Below are positions 46,582 to 61,138 of a DNA stretch of 64,000 bases, in pieces (the stretch's first letter is position 1; every line of letters begins with the position of its first letter). Below the pieces are notes generated by a model. That model had not been told where the DNA came from. It ran no database searches and worked only from the letters and a program-made list of their open reading frames with translations. The stretch spans positions 1 through 64,000 of the forward strand of contig CAVYSY010000031.1 in assembly GCA_963771175.1 (NCBI GenBank). Reading direction: 5' to 3'. A program made the translations under genes and the position numbers. This DNA comes from an uncultured delta proteobacterium (GTDB taxonomy: Bacteria; Myxococcota; Myxococcia; Myxococcales; Myxococcaceae).

Positions 46582-48098
46582 ATGCCGACCCAAGGCCCCC
46601 TCCCCTCCCGGCTGAAGGACGCGCTGGGCTCGCTGTCGGCGCGCCTGCTCGTGGCCTTCCTGCTGCCCACGCTGCTCTTCCTCGCGCTCACGGGCACCGC
46701 CGTCTACGCGCTCGCCCGCTCCATCCTGGAGGACGAGCTGGGCACGAGCCTCTCGGCCATCGCCGCGGCCACCGCGAGCCAGGTGAGCGGCGAGCGGATG
46801 CTCACCATCGAGCCCGGGGACGACACCTCGGGGACTCGCACCTGGCGCAACCTCGTGCGCCTGCTCACCGAGGTGCAAGAGGCGAGCGGCGTGCGCCGGG
46901 TGTACGTGGTGGACACGCAGGGCCGGGTGCGCGCGGACGTCGGCGGCGGGCTCCCGGTGGGCACCGAGGTGCCGGAGCTCGCACGCGACAGGCTCGAGCT
47001 CTCCCGCGTCTTCTCCGGGCAGCGCGCGGCGAGTCAGGTGCTCTTCCGGGGCACGGACGGGCGCTCTACAAGACGGGCTACGCGCCGGTGCGTCGCGAGG
47101 GCGAGGTGGTGGGCGCGGTGGCGGTGGAGGGCAGCGCGGCCTTCTTCGGCCCCCTGTCCACCCTCTCCCGGGGCTTCGCGGCGGCGAGCGCGGTGGCGCT
47201 CGGGGTGCTCGGGCTGGTGGCCATCCTCACCGCCCGGGGGCTCGCGCGTCCGCTGCGGCGGCTGATGGACTCGGCGCTGCGCATCGGCCGGGGTGACCTG
47301 ACGACGCCCGTGCCTCCGGAGCCCACGCGCGAGATTGGCGTGCTGGCGCGCGAGCTGGAGGTGATGCGCGGCGCCCTGGAGAGCCGGGACCGGCAGCTCA
47401 AGCTGATGCTGGCGGGCGTGGCCCACGAGGTGCGCAACCCCATCGGCGGCATCTCCCTCTTCTCGGGGATTCTCGCGGAGGACCTGAAGGCCGGAGCCCA
47501 TGCCGAGGCCGCCGAGCACGTGGCGCGCATCCAGCGCGAGGTGGAGTACCTCCAGCGCATCGTCGAGGACTTCCTCGCCTTCGCTCGCGAGCAACCCCTC
47601 TCCCGAGCGCCCGTGGCGGCGACGGAGCTCCTCCAGGAGGCGAGCGGCCTGCTCGCGGCGGACGCGGCGGCCAGGACGGTGACGGTGGCGGTGGAGGCGG
47701 AGCCGGCGGTGCTGGAGGCGGACGGGAGCCTGCTGACGGCCGCGCTGGTGAACCTGGTGAAGAACGCGGTGCAGGCCTCGCCCCCGGGCGGCGAGGTGCG
47801 GGTGACGGGCCGTGGCGACGGAAAGGGCTACACCATCCGCGTCGAGGACCACGGCTCCGGCGTGCCCGACGCCGAGCGCGAGCGCATCTTCGAGCCCTTC
47901 TTCACCACCCGGGAGAAGGGCACGGGCCTGGGGCTGCCACTCTCGCGCAAGATTGCCCGGGCCCACGGCGGGGACCTGCGGCTCGTCCCCTCCCCCGGAG
48001 TCACCACCTTCGAGCTCACGCTCCCCCTGGGCGCGGACCTGTTGCGCGGAAGACAGCCCAGCGGTCGTACCGGACCCGGCCCCGTCGAGACGCTGTAG
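46582..48098 (+). CDS. membrane sensor histidine kinase with HAMP domain (frameshift near 47063)
   Basis: Two TMs; HAMP PLRRL...IGRGDL; AHEVRNP, NLVKNA, DHGSG, GTGLGL. Confidence 0.88.
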
Positions 48099-48157
48099 AG
48101 ACAAGAGGGGGCCCGAACAGATGAAAGGGCTGGGCTCCCCCAGGGAGAGGCCTCGAC

Positions 48158-49864
48158 GTGTCCCGCCAGTCCGACGGCGAACTCAGCGCGTATGACACGC
48201 TCGGCCCCTTCTTCAATGACAGGGGGCCAGAGCAGCGGCTCGATACCGAGCGCGAGCAGTTCCGTCTGCTCGCCGAGGCCCTGCCGCAGATCGTCTGGAC
48301 GACAGGGCCGGACGGCCTGCCCGACTACTTCAACCGGCGCTGGTACGAATACACCGGCCTGTCCGTCGAGGAGTCACAGGGCGAAGGTTGGCATCAGGCC
48401 TTCCACCCGGAGGACATGCCCGAGGCCCTCCGGCTCTGGGCTCACAGCCTCGCCACCGGCGAGCCCTATGAGGTGGAGTACCGCTGCCGCCGCCTCGATG
48501 GCATCTGGCGCTGGTTCCTCGGCCGCGCCATCCCCCTGCATGACGCCCAGGGCCACATCGGCCGCTGGTTCGGCACCTGCACGGACATCGACGACCACAA
48601 GCGCACCTCGGACGCGCTGGGCTTCCTCTCCGACGCGAGCGTGCTGCTCGCCATTCCGTTGGACCCCGAGGAGACCGTCCACAACCTCACGCGCATGGTG
48701 GTGCCTCGGCTGGCGGACTGGTGCGCGGTGGACCTGGTGGGAGCGGACGAGACCGTCGAGCGCGTCATGGTGACCCACCGGGAGTCCTCGAAGGAGGCAC
48801 TCGGCTGGGAGCTGGCGCTCCGCGACCCCGTGGACCTGCGCAATGCCACCCACGGGCGTGGCTACGTCATCCGGACCGGACAGTCGGAGTTGCTGGAGGT
48901 GGTACCGGAGGCGGAGAGCCTCGGGCTTCTGCGCGACCTGGGCCTCCGCTCCTCCCTCATCGTGCCGCTGGTGGTGCACGGGCGGACACTGGGCAGCATC
49001 ACGCTGGTGCAGGCCGGGAGCGAGCGGAACTTCTCCGTCGCGGACATGCCGATGATCGAGGAGCTCGGACGCCGCGCCGCGCTCGCGCTGGACAACGCGC
49101 GCCTGTACCGGGAGAGCCAGCAGGCCACGCTCCGGGCCGAGCACGCGCGGAACGAGGCCGAGCAGGCCCGTGCGGTGCTGGAGCGCAGCAACCAGGAGCT
49201 GGACCAGTTCGCCTACGTGGCCAGCCATGACCTGAAGGCGCCCCTGCGCGGCATCGCCAACCTGGCGCGGTGGATCCAGGACGACCTGAAGGAGGTGATG
49301 AGCGACGAGACGCGCGAGCAGATGCGGCTGCTGCGCGGGCGCGTGGGGCGCATGGAGGCGCTCATCAACGGCATCCTCGACTACAGCCGCGCGGGCCGGG
49401 TGCGTGGCCGGCCGGAGCCCGTGGACGTGGGCCGGCTGCTGGCCGACTGCGTGGAGCTGCTCGCCCCGCCCCCCGAGGCCACCGTCGAGGTGGCGTCCGG
49501 AATGCCCACCCTGCACGCCGAGCGGGTGCCCTTGCAGCAGGTGTTCCTCAACCTGCTGGGCAACGCCCTCAAGCACGCCGGGCGCGCGGAGGTGCGGGTG
49601 CGGGTGGCCGCGTGCGAGGCAGGTGCCTTCTGGGAGTTCTCCGTGGCCGATGATGGCCCAGGCATCGCCCCCGAATACCATGAGCGCATCTGGGGTCTCT
49701 TCCAGACGCTGCGGGCGATTGACGAGCAGGAAGGCACCGGTATCGGGCTGTCGGTGGTGAAGAAGAGCGTGGAGGCGCGCGGCGGGCGCGCATGGCTGGA
49801 GTCCTCTCCAGGCCAGGGAGCCACCTTCCGCTTCACCTGGCCGAAGCACCACAACGTCCAGTGA
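48158..49864 (+). CDS. PAS-GAF sensor histidine kinase
   Basis: PAS YFNRRWYEYTG...HPED; GAF VVPRLADWC; ASHDLKAPLRGI, NLLGNA, DDGPG, GTGIGL. Confidence 0.92.
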   Translation: MSRQSDGELSAYDTLGPFFNDRGPEQRLDTEREQFRLLAEALPQIVWTTGPDGLPDYFNRRWYEYTGLSVEESQGEGWHQAFHPEDMPEALRLWAHSLATGEPYEVEYRCRRLDGIWRWFLGRAIPLHDAQGHIGRWFGTCTDIDDHKRTSDALGFLSDASVLLAIPLDPEETVHNLTRMVVPRLADWCAVDLVGADETVERVMVTHRESSKEALGWELALRDPVDLRNATHGRGYVIRTGQSELLEVVPEAESLGLLRDLGLRSSLIVPLVVHGRTLGSITLVQAGSERNFSVADMPMIEELGRRAALALDNARLYRESQQATLRAEHARNEAEQARAVLERSNQELDQFAYVASHDLKAPLRGIANLARWIQDDLKEVMSDETREQMRLLRGRVGRMEALINGILDYSRAGRVRGRPEPVDVGRLLADCVELLAPPPEATVEVASGMPTLHAERVPLQQVFLNLLGNALKHAGRAEVRVRVAACEAGAFWEFSVADDGPGIAPEYHERIWGLFQTLRAIDEQEGTGIGLSVVKKSVEARGGRAWLESSPGQGATFRFTWPKHHNVQ

Positions 49865-49992
49865 TGAACGGAGCCGGGCGAAGAACGACCCGCTCGAGGT
49901 GGCCGGGGGCTCGTCGAGCCGGTCACCACCTAGCCCGCGTTGAGCCGAGGGTCGAGCCTGACGAGGAGCGGGTGGGGGTGGAGCTGCCGTGA
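49864..49992 (+). pseudogene. decayed single-domain response regulator remnant
   Basis: TGATG-coupled ATG; fragments KNDPLEVAG, LVEPVT and terminal VELP* in shifting frames. Confidence 0.3.
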
Positions 49993-50006
49993 GAGCCGAG
50001 AACCAC

Positions 50007-52397
50007 ATGGAGCAATCGCTGCGCCTGCTGGTGGCGGACGATGACGAGGTGGACCGGCTCGCGGTGCGGCGTGCCCTGCTCCAGGCGGGGCTGAACGCCC
50101 AGCTCGTCGAGGTGAAGGACGGTGCGTCCGCGCTCGCCGCCCTGCTGGAGCAGCCCTTCGACTGCGTCCTGCTCGACTTCCAGATGCCGGGACACACCGG
50201 GCTGGAGGTGCTGCGAATGGCGCGGGCCGCCCTGGTGGAGACGCCCATCATCATGCTCACCGGCCAGGGCGACGAGCACATCGCCGTGGAGCTGATGAAG
50301 GCCGGTGCCACCGACTACCTCAGCAAGTCGGCGCTCACCTCGGAGCGGCTGGCGCACCTGCTGCGACAGGCCCTGCGCCTCCACGAGGCGGAGCAGCAGC
50401 ACCGCACCCTCGCCGAGGTGCTGCCACACACCCTCTGGACGAGCCGCCCGGATGGGCAGCTCGACTACGTCAGCCGCCGCGGTTTCGAGAACCTGGGTCT
50501 GCCTTCTGGGGACATCACGCATTGGCAGCGGGTCATCCACCCGGAGGACATGCCGAGGCTGATGGAGCGCTGGCGGCACAGCCTGAGCACGGGAGAGGCC
50601 TATGCGCTGGAGGTCCGCATCCAGCACGCCAGGGACGGCTACCGCTGGCACCTCGTCCGGGCCCTGCCCATGCGGGATGCACGGGGCCGCGTCGTCCGCT
50701 GGTTCGGCACCAACGTCGACATCGACGACCAGCGGCGAGCCCAGGAACGCCTCTCGCGCCTGCAGGCCATCACCGCCGCGCTGTCGGAGGCGCCCACGCC
50801 CCGGCAGGTGATGGACGTCATCATCACCCAGGGCGTGAGCGTGCTGGACGCGCAGGCGGGGGCGGTGTGGCTGGTATCGGAAGATGGCCAGGCCCTCGAG
50901 CTGGCGAGCACCTCCGACAGCGTGCGACCGCTGACGCGGAGCTTCGAGCGCATCCCGCTCGACGCGCCCCAGGCGGTGGTGGAGTCGGTCCGCCACGACA
51001 GGCTCGTCACCTACGCCGACCGTCACGAGCGGGACCGCCGCTACCCCGAGCTCGCACGGCCAGGCCCGCCCTTCGAGGCCTCGGCGGCGGTGCCCCTGCG
51101 CGGCAGCCGGGGCGTGATGGGGGCCCTGGTGGTGAGCTTCTCGCGGCCTCGCTCGCTCCGGCCCGACGAGCAGGACTTCATCCTCGCGCTGGCGCGCCAG
51201 GGGGCCCAGGCGCTGGAGCGGGCCCGCCTCTATGAGTCCGCGCAGCAGGCCCGCACCGCCGCCGAGGCGAGCGAGGCCCAGCTCCGCAGCGTGCTGGCGG
51301 AGCGCGAGCGGATGGAGGCCACGCTGCAGGAGCGGGACGAGCGGCTGCGCGCGGCCCTCTGGGCGGGCAGCACCGGCACCTTGCGCTGGGACATCCGCAC
51401 CCGCGCGCTCGAGTGGGACGAGAACCTGGATCGGCTCTTCGGCCTGCAACCGGGGCGGACGGTGCAGCGGCTGGACGACTTCCTCGTCCTGGTCCACCCG
51501 GAGGACCGGGCGGAGGTGGAGCGCCGGTGCGAGGCGTGCGAGCGCGAGGGCGCGGACTTCGAGATGGACTTCCGCGTGCTGTGGTCGGACGAGCACGTGC
51601 GCTGGCTGAGCGGCAAGGGCAAGACGTTCGTGGACGCGAGCGGGCGGCCCCTCTACATGACGGGCGCCTGCGTGGACATCTCCGTCCAGAAGGAGCAGGA
51701 GGCCAAGGCGCGCCAGCTCGCCGATTTCGAGCGGGAGATCCTCGGCATCGTCAGTCATGACCTGCGCAACCCGCTGAGCGTCATCCGCATCTCGGCCTCG
51801 ATGCTGCTGGCGCGCGAGGGACTGGACGAGCGGCAGAGCAAGAGCCTCACCCGCATCATCTCCGCCTCGGACCGGTCCACCCGCCTCATCCGCGACCTGC
51901 TGGACTTCAGCCAGGCGCGGCTGGGCGGCGGCATTCCGGTGGAGCGCAAGAAGATGGACCTCTTCGAGCTGGTGCGCGGCGTGGTGGAGGAGCACGCCGC
52001 CAGCCACCCGGAGCGGGAGTTGGAGCTGTACCAGGAGGGCGAGGGCGCGGGCGAGTGGGATGGGGACCGACTCGTGCAGGTGCTCGGGAACCTGGTGGGC
52101 AACGCGCTCCAGCATGGCGCCCCGGGCACGCCGGTGCGGGTGCGCTGCCAGGGCCTGCCCGGGGAGGTCCTCCTCGAGGTGCGCAACGAGGGAGACCCCA
52201 TCGAGCCATCGCTGCTGCCCACCCTCTTCGAGCCCTTCCGCAGGGGCCGCCATGCGGGCAGTGGCGCGGGGAGCGTGGGGCTGGGGCTCTACATCACCCG
52301 GCAACTGGTGCTGGCCCATGGAGGCGGCATCACGGTGACCTCCAGCGCGGAGGGAGACACCCGCTTCACGGTGCGGCTGCCACTGGGGTTAAGGTGA
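50007..52397 (+). CDS. hybrid REC-PAS-GAF-PAS histidine kinase
   Basis: LLVADDD...LLDFQMP...YLSK receiver; VSHDLRNP, NLVGNA, GLGLYI. Confidence 0.92.
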   Translation: MEQSLRLLVADDDEVDRLAVRRALLQAGLNAQLVEVKDGASALAALLEQPFDCVLLDFQMPGHTGLEVLRMARAALVETPIIMLTGQGDEHIAVELMKAGATDYLSKSALTSERLAHLLRQALRLHEAEQQHRTLAEVLPHTLWTSRPDGQLDYVSRRGFENLGLPSGDITHWQRVIHPEDMPRLMERWRHSLSTGEAYALEVRIQHARDGYRWHLVRALPMRDARGRVVRWFGTNVDIDDQRRAQERLSRLQAITAALSEAPTPRQVMDVIITQGVSVLDAQAGAVWLVSEDGQALELASTSDSVRPLTRSFERIPLDAPQAVVESVRHDRLVTYADRHERDRRYPELARPGPPFEASAAVPLRGSRGVMGALVVSFSRPRSLRPDEQDFILALARQGAQALERARLYESAQQARTAAEASEAQLRSVLAERERMEATLQERDERLRAALWAGSTGTLRWDIRTRALEWDENLDRLFGLQPGRTVQRLDDFLVLVHPEDRAEVERRCEACEREGADFEMDFRVLWSDEHVRWLSGKGKTFVDASGRPLYMTGACVDISVQKEQEAKARQLADFEREILGIVSHDLRNPLSVIRISASMLLAREGLDERQSKSLTRIISASDRSTRLIRDLLDFSQARLGGGIPVERKKMDLFELVRGVVEEHAASHPERELELYQEGEGAGEWDGDRLVQVLGNLVGNALQHGAPGTPVRVRCQGLPGEVLLEVRNEGDPIEPSLLPTLFEPFRRGRHAGSGAGSVGLGLYITRQLVLAHGGGITVTSSAEGDTRFTVRLPLGLR

Positions 52398-52403
52398 GCA
52401 CCC

Positions 52404-52790
52404 ATGAAAAACCCCGCCCCCATCCTCGGACTGCGCACCACCGTCTATCCCGTAACGGACCTCGCGAAGGCGAAGGCCTGGTACTCCCAGGTGCTGGGCG
52501 TCGCGCCGTACTTCGACGAGCCCTTCTATGTGGGCTTCAACGTGGGAGGCTTCGAGCTGGGGCTGGACCCGGACACCTCGGAGCTGAAGCCGGGTGCCGG
52601 GGGCGCTGTCACCTACTGGGGCGTGGAGAACGCGGACCGAGCCTGGGAGCGCCTGATGAAGCTCGGCGCCGAGCCCGCCAGCCCCATCCGGGAGGTGGGC
52701 GGCGGCATCCGCGTGGCCACCGTGAAGGATCCGTTCGGAAACCTGTTCGGGCTCATCGAGAACCCGCACTTCCCCAACACGGCGGCCTGA
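52404..52790 (+). CDS. VOC (glyoxalase/bleomycin-resistance) family protein
   Basis: YPVTDLAKAKAWY, KDPFGNLFGL. Confidence 0.9.
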   Translation: MKNPAPILGLRTTVYPVTDLAKAKAWYSQVLGVAPYFDEPFYVGFNVGGFELGLDPDTSELKPGAGGAVTYWGVENADRAWERLMKLGAEPASPIREVGGGIRVATVKDPFGNLFGLIENPHFPNTAA

Positions 52791-52799
52791 GCCCGCGCC

Positions 52800-53786
<987 letters not shown>

Positions 53787-53986
53787 GCCATCCCTCCAGT
53801 GGATACGGACGCCGGTGGGTCCGGGCGCCCACGTGGCATCCCTTGTTAGCGACCGGGCCGCTCTGGAGCCAGGAGAAGAACACCCGCATCGACGTCATGA
53901 CCCGCGAGGGGAGGATGCGCCGTCCACATTCCGACGCGGGGGGCATGTTCCCTTCAGGGGAGGACATCCGCTACACATGTGAAGTC

Positions 53987-55866
53987 ATGCCCAAGTCGTC
54001 TGGAGCGCTCACGAGCCTGTCAGTCCTGGTGCTCGCGCTCGCCCTGGTGGCGCGGACGGCCCAGGCCGACTCGAGCCCCCGAGGAGAACTGGAGTCGCTG
54101 GACTCCTTCGTGGAGCGCGAGGTCACCGCGCAGCTCGCGAGGTACCACATCCCCGGGGCGACGGTCGCGGTGGTGCGCGACGGCCGGGTGGTGCTCGCCC
54201 GGGGCTATGGTCACGCGGACGCCGAGCACCGTATCCCCGTGGTGGCGGAGCGGACGCTCTTCCGCGTGGCCTCCATCAGCAAGCTGTTCGTCTGGACGGC
54301 GGTGATGCAGCTCGCGGAGCGGGGGCGGCTGGACCTGGACGCGGACATCAACACGTACCTGGAGGACCCGCGCATCCCGGCGACGTACACCCAGCCCATC
54401 ACGCTCGCGCACCTGATGGCGCACGCCGGAGGCTTCGAGGTGCCCGAGCGCCTCTGGGCACAGGGTCCCCCTCCCGACTCGTTGCTCGAGTACCTGCGGC
54501 AACGCATGCCGGCCCGGGTGCGGCCTCCGGACCAGCTCTCGGCGTACTCCGACTATGGGACGAGCCTGGCTGAGCACATCGTCGAGCGGGTGTCGGGCAT
54601 GCCCTTCGAGCAGTACCTGCGGGAAAACCTCCTGGAGCCGCTGGGGATGAAGCGCAGCGTCTTCCGGAGGACGGTGCCGCCGGAGCTCGCCGCCGACATG
54701 GCCCTGGGGCACACGCTGGAGGACGGCCGCCTGCGTGCGATCCCCCTGGAGCAGGTGGTGGTGGCGTCCGGGGGCTCCATGAGCACGACCGCCACGGACG
54801 TGGCCAGGTTCATGCTCGCGCACCTCCAGGGCGGGCAGTACGAGGGCTCCCGCATCCTGCGCGAGGAGACGGTGCGGCGGATGCACCGACAGCACTTCAC
54901 GCATGACGCCCGGCTGAGCGGGTGGGCCCACGGCTTCATGGAGTTCCACCTCGACGGCCAACGACTCCTCGGGCACACGGGGGACGCGTACCTGTTCCAC
55001 TCGCTACTGGTGCTGCTGCCCGAGCACGGCACGGGGCTGTTCGTCTCGTACAACGGCCCGGGGGAGAAGTACGCCGCGCAGCGGGCGCGGATGGAGCTGC
55101 TCCAGTCCTTCCTCGCCCGCTACCACCCCGCCCCGCCCGCCAATGCGCCCGCCCCCCGAAGGTCTCAGCCGAGCGGATGACACGGTTCGCGGGGGGCTAC
55201 CAGACGACGTGGAGGGCCTACGGCACGGCGGAGGCCTCGGTGGGATGGCGCGAGGAAATCCGGGTGGGTGACAACGGGGATGGCACCTTGCGAATCAAGG
55301 AGCCGGGGGACGCGCCCCGGAACTGGGTGGAAGTGGAGCCCGGAATGTTCCGCCCCGCCGACGACCCGACCTCACTGGAGCGTGCCGTCTTCCGCGAGGA
55401 CGCGCGAGGGCAGAGCTCCCACCTGTTCTTCCAGAACCGTCCCTCGGTCGCGTATGAGCGAGTGCCCTGGTACGAGACCTCCGCCTTCACCTACGGGCTG
55501 CTCGCCGTGTGCGCCGGGGTCTTCGTGCTCGCCCTCGTGGCGGGCCTCCTCCACCGAAGCCCGAATACCGGATTGCTGGCGGCCATCGGCCTGCTGAATC
55601 TGTTCTTCCTGAGCGGGTTCATGGTGCTGCTGCGCCACCGGTTCGAGCTCGGAGACGGCAACACCCCACACCTGCTCGGGGTCTCGCTGGGCTGCGCACT
55701 CATGGCCTCGGTGCTCACCCCGGGAGCCGTCGTCTGGAGCGCCAGGGCGTGGTGGATGCGCTCCGGGAGGCTGTCCGTGCGCCTCTACCTCACCGGAGCC
55801 ACCCTGGCCGCCATGGCCTTCGTGGCCTGGCTCCACCACTGGCACCTGCTGGGATTCGGAGCCTGA
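53987..55866 (+). CDS. serine hydrolase (beta-lactamase-related) with C-terminal TM helices; frameshift near 55155
   Basis: Signal peptide; SxxK (ASISK), YSD, HTG motifs; hydrophobic C-terminus. Confidence 0.87.
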
Positions 55867-55882
55867 GCGGCCTACCCACCGC

Positions 55883-56459
55883 TCAGCCCGCGCGGACCAC
55901 CGCCCGCGCCTTCTCCAGCATCCGCCGCAGCGGCGCCTCATCCACTCGTGCCAGCGCCTCGTCCCACGTCAGCCACTGCGCGCCCGCGGACTCGCTCGGG
56001 TCGTGCGCCAGCGCCTCCGGGTTCTCCGCCACCACCAGGAAGCGCACGTCCAGGTGCAGGTGCTCCGGCTCGTCCTTGCGCGCGGGGATGACGTGCGACG
56101 TCCACGTCCAGCGGGCCTGGGCCCGCGCGGATGCAGCAGCACCCGGCAGCCCGGTCTCCTCGCGCGCCTCGCGCAGCGCCGTTGCCTCCATGCTGCCCGC
56201 GTCCGCCTCCTCCGCGTGCCCGCCCGGCTGCAGCCAGCGGTGCAGCTTGCCGTGGTGGACCAGCGCCACCCGCTCGCCCGCCGGGTCCGACCACCACCGC
56301 GCTCCCGGTGAAGTGCGCCTCCTCCTGCTCGCGCGAGAAGGGCCGCAGCCAGGCTCGGGGCGAAGCCGCGCATGCGCGCCAGATCCTCGCGCCTCCTTGG
56401 CATCCGTGGGGACGTGGTGGGCGAGCAGCTCGAGACAGGGCGTTCCGGCGGGCGGTCAT
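55883..56459 (-). CDS. NUDIX hydrolase (multiple frameshifts)
   Basis: HFTGSAVV, WLQPGGH...ALREAREETGL, HLHLDVRF. Confidence 0.82.
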
Positions 56460-56537
56460 GGGGGCGGCGCATTGTGCCCCACCCGTCCGACCGGTGGCGG
56501 AGCCGCCACGGGCGCATAGCAGGCGCGCTGTCGTCCC

Positions 56538-57972
<1,435 letters not shown>

Positions 57973-58193
57973 GCGGCGCCCGACACGCCCGGGTGAAAGG
58001 CCCGGGCGCGCGAGTCGCGGGACGTTCCACGTGGCTGTAAAAGAGAAGCCGCAGTCCCTCGAAAATCCACCGCCCCCCGCCCCCATCGTGGTTTTCCGTC
58101 ACCCTCCCGCTGCTCCCCGGCTGCCCGCGGGCCCAAGTCCCGGAAATGCTCGGCATTTCCCGGAGACCGCGGCACCCGGACCTGAAGCAGCCC

Positions 58194-58209
58194 TGGCATC
58201 CGGCTTGCT
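58194..58209 (+). promoter_or_regulatory. candidate sigma-54 (-24/-12) promoter
   Basis: TGGCAT-N5-TTGCT with exact consensus spacing, just upstream of ATG 58226. Confidence 0.45.
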
Positions 58210-58225
58210 CCTGGGGAGGGCTGTC

Positions 58226-59315
58226 ATGAAGCGCGCTCGCTGCGCCCGCCCTCCTGCTGTGCCTGCTGGGTGCGCCCGCCTGGGCGGCCTCGGGGCTGGA
58301 GCGGTCGCCCGGGGCGAGGCGCGGGCGGCGCGCACCGCAGGTGCGGGAGCTGCGCGAGCGCCAGCAGGTGCTGCGCGGCGAGCTGAACACGCTGGCCGGA
58401 CGCATCGAGTCCCTCAAGGCCGAGCGCAAGGGCCGGCTGGTGGCGGGCGCCGAGCTGGAGTCGGCGCTGCGGCGCTCGCAGGAGCTGTCCGGCGAGCTGA
58501 CCGGGCTGGCCCAGTCGCTCGCCGGGCCGAGGCCGAGTCGGAGCGCGCGCAACCTGGCGCTGCACACGGCGCTCTCCGAGGAGCTGGTGCGGGTGCGCGC
58601 GTCCTGGGAGGCCACGAGCGACCGCGAGGCCCGCGCCGGACTGATCGCCCGCATGCGCGACCTGCGCGCCGAGCGCGACGCGGTGCGCGCCGCGCTGCCG
58701 CCCTCGCGAGGTGCCGGCGCTGAACCCGGCACAGCGCGAGCGACGACCCCGAGGACCTGCTGGAGCAGGCGGACGCGCTGCGCGACTCCGAGGACAAGGT
58801 GCGCCAGCGGCTCGCGGCCCTGCGCGCCCGCATCACCGAGGTGCGCGAGGAGCGCGACCTCGACCGGCGCATGAGCGACTTCCTCGGCGAGGACTCCATG
58901 TTCGACGAGCAGGACCGGCGCATGCGCCTGCGGTTCGACGGCTCCACGAAGCGCTCCGCGTGGACGCCACCCAGCCCACGCCGGAGCGCGCCCATCGGCG
59001 GCATCGCGCAGGACGAGGCCTCCTACAGCCGAGCCGCCCCCGGCCATGGGCGGTGCACCTGGGCGCAGCGAGCCGGCGCGCCCGCGCGCTGGTGCGCCCG
59101 ACGTGCCCACGGAGACACCCGCCGCAACACCTATGCCCCCTCCGACCCGCGCCGCCGACAGCCGCCCCCAGGTGGGCACGGTGCGCGCCCAGGCGCTCGC
59201 CAGCGGCGACCCGGAGGACCTGCGCGGACTGGAGACGGAGGCCGCGCGGCTCGAGTCGCTCGCCCGCGAGCTGGATTCCCGCGCCGCGACGCTGAGGCCC
59301 GGAGCGCCGCGCTAG
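58226..59315 (+). CDS. secreted coiled-coil hypothetical protein (multiple frameshifts)
   Basis: GGAGG RBS; signal-peptide-like start; helical segments RELRERQQVLRGELNTL, RQRLAALRARITEVREE, RLESLARELD in successive frames. Confidence 0.55.
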
Positions 59316-59324
59316 CGAGCTGCG

Positions 59325-59889
59325 CTAGGCCGTCCCGCGCGCTATAGGCAGCTGCACCTGCACGTCCAGCGTCACGATGGCCTGCAGGCGCACGTCCTTG
59401 AGGGGCACGCGGCCCTTGCCGCGCACGATGATGCTCATGGAGGGCGCGGTGACGTACGGCTGCAGCTCCACGTCCCGCACGTCCAGGTCCAGCACGGGTC
59501 GGGCGCCTTGAGGCCGCAGTGAGGCGATGTCCTGCTTCGACGCGATCAGCACCTCCTGGTCGCCCGCCTTGGCGTAGAAGCGCAGCGTCGTCCAGGAAGG
59601 AGAAGTCCTGCTCCGTCGGGGCTGAGCACGCGCAGCTGCAGGCGACTCACCTTCACCGAGCGTCACCTGGTCCTTGGTGACGCCCTGGTTCTGGAACTCC
59701 TGGTCCTGGTTGAAGTCGAGGCTGGTGAAGCTGCCGATGGCCGGGAAGGCCGTTGAGCAGCGAGCGATGCCGCCGAGGAGTCCCCGGGCACGACCGTCTC
59801 TCCCTTCACCTCGGCGATGAAGCGAGGGGGCGAACAGGCGGCGAAGGAGCAGAAGCGCACCCACGGAGAGAAGGAGGCGACAGACGCAT
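59325..59889 (-). CDS. hypothetical lipoprotein (frameshifted; ends approximate)
   Basis: Lipobox-like FAAC; FPAIGSFTSLDFNQDQEF, LDLDVRDVELQPYV. Confidence 0.5.
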
Positions 59890-60012
59890 GCGGGACGAAT
59901 GCTACCGGCCGTCACGGGCGGCGCCGTCACGCGGCCCCGCCAGGCTGGCTTGCCGCTCTCGTGGACAGGGCATGCGGCCAGGTCGGCAAGCGCGGCTAAG
60001 GTGGGCGCCCGC

Positions 60013-61102
60013 GTGAGCCCGCTCGCTCGCCCCACCCTCCTGCTGTCGCTCGCGCTCGCGCTGGTGCTCGCGCGGCCCGCGCGCAGGCGGCCGACGTGCG
60101 CGAGGGCAGCCTGCGCGCTGAGCGCCGGCTCGCTGCTGGACGGCAACGCCCCGCGCGACTTCTCCGAGCGGCGGGCAGGCGGCCCGCGCGGCCACGGACG
60201 TGGGCCTGCAGCCTGCTCGCCAGCGGGTGAGGGCCGCTACACCGCGGAGCGCTACCAGCTGGTGGGCCGCTACGACCGGGGGCAGCCGCAAGTACCTGCG
60301 CTCACCGCCGAAGAGCATGCTGGTGCAGGCCGCCGCGCTGGAGGCCTCGCTCGCGCTGGGCCGCACGCTGGGCGTGGGCGTGGAGGGGCGGGCCAAGGAC
60401 AGGCGCGGCGGGGCGCGCGCGTACACGGACCTGGGGGCGAGCGCCTTCCTCGAGTACGCGCCCGGACGCTGCGGCTGGCCGTGCGCCTGCGCGCCGGCGC
60501 CCACCGCTTCGTCTACCGCCCGGACCACACCGCCAGACTTCGGCGGCCCCGAGCTGTCGGCTCACCGGGCGCTACCGCCTGGACCGCCGCCACAGCCGTC
60601 ACCGTCTCCGGCGAGTGCGGGCAGGCGCCGCTACGGCGTCGCGGCCGACCGCGCGCCGGGCGTCGATGTGAGCCGCGCGCCGGGCCGGCGCGAGGACGGC
60701 GCGCTCGCTGGCCAGCGTGGGCTACACCTACCGGGGGCCGGTGGCGCTGGGGGTGGCGCTACGCGTTCCAGGAGCTGGCCAGCAACAGCTACGGCGAGAC
60801 GGTGCTGCGCCACCGGCTGAGCGCCAGCGCGGGGGTGCGCCTGCCCGCTGCAGCCTCGACCCTGCTGGCGCAGGGGGCGCTGGTGCTCAACCGCTACCCG
60901 GACGGGGTGTTCCTCTCCCCGGAGATCATCCTCACCGAGGACGACGAGGCGCAGAACTCCCTGTCCCTGCGCCTGGTGCGCCCGCTGAGCGAGCTCGCTG
61001 GACCTGGAGCTCTCGGGCAGCCTCTACGGCACCCACCTGCCGCGCAACGAGCTGTCCTACGTCCGCCAGGTGGTGGCGCTGGGCCTCACCTGGCGGCTGT
61101 GA
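60013..61102 (+). CDS. hypothetical outer-membrane beta-barrel-like protein (many frameshifts)
   Basis: Signal-like N-terminus; amphipathic strands; SNSYGETVLRHRLS; C-terminal VALGLTWRL*. Confidence 0.5.
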
Positions 61103-61138
61103 GCGAGCCCCCTCGCTCCGGGGGAGTGCCGTCCCGGC

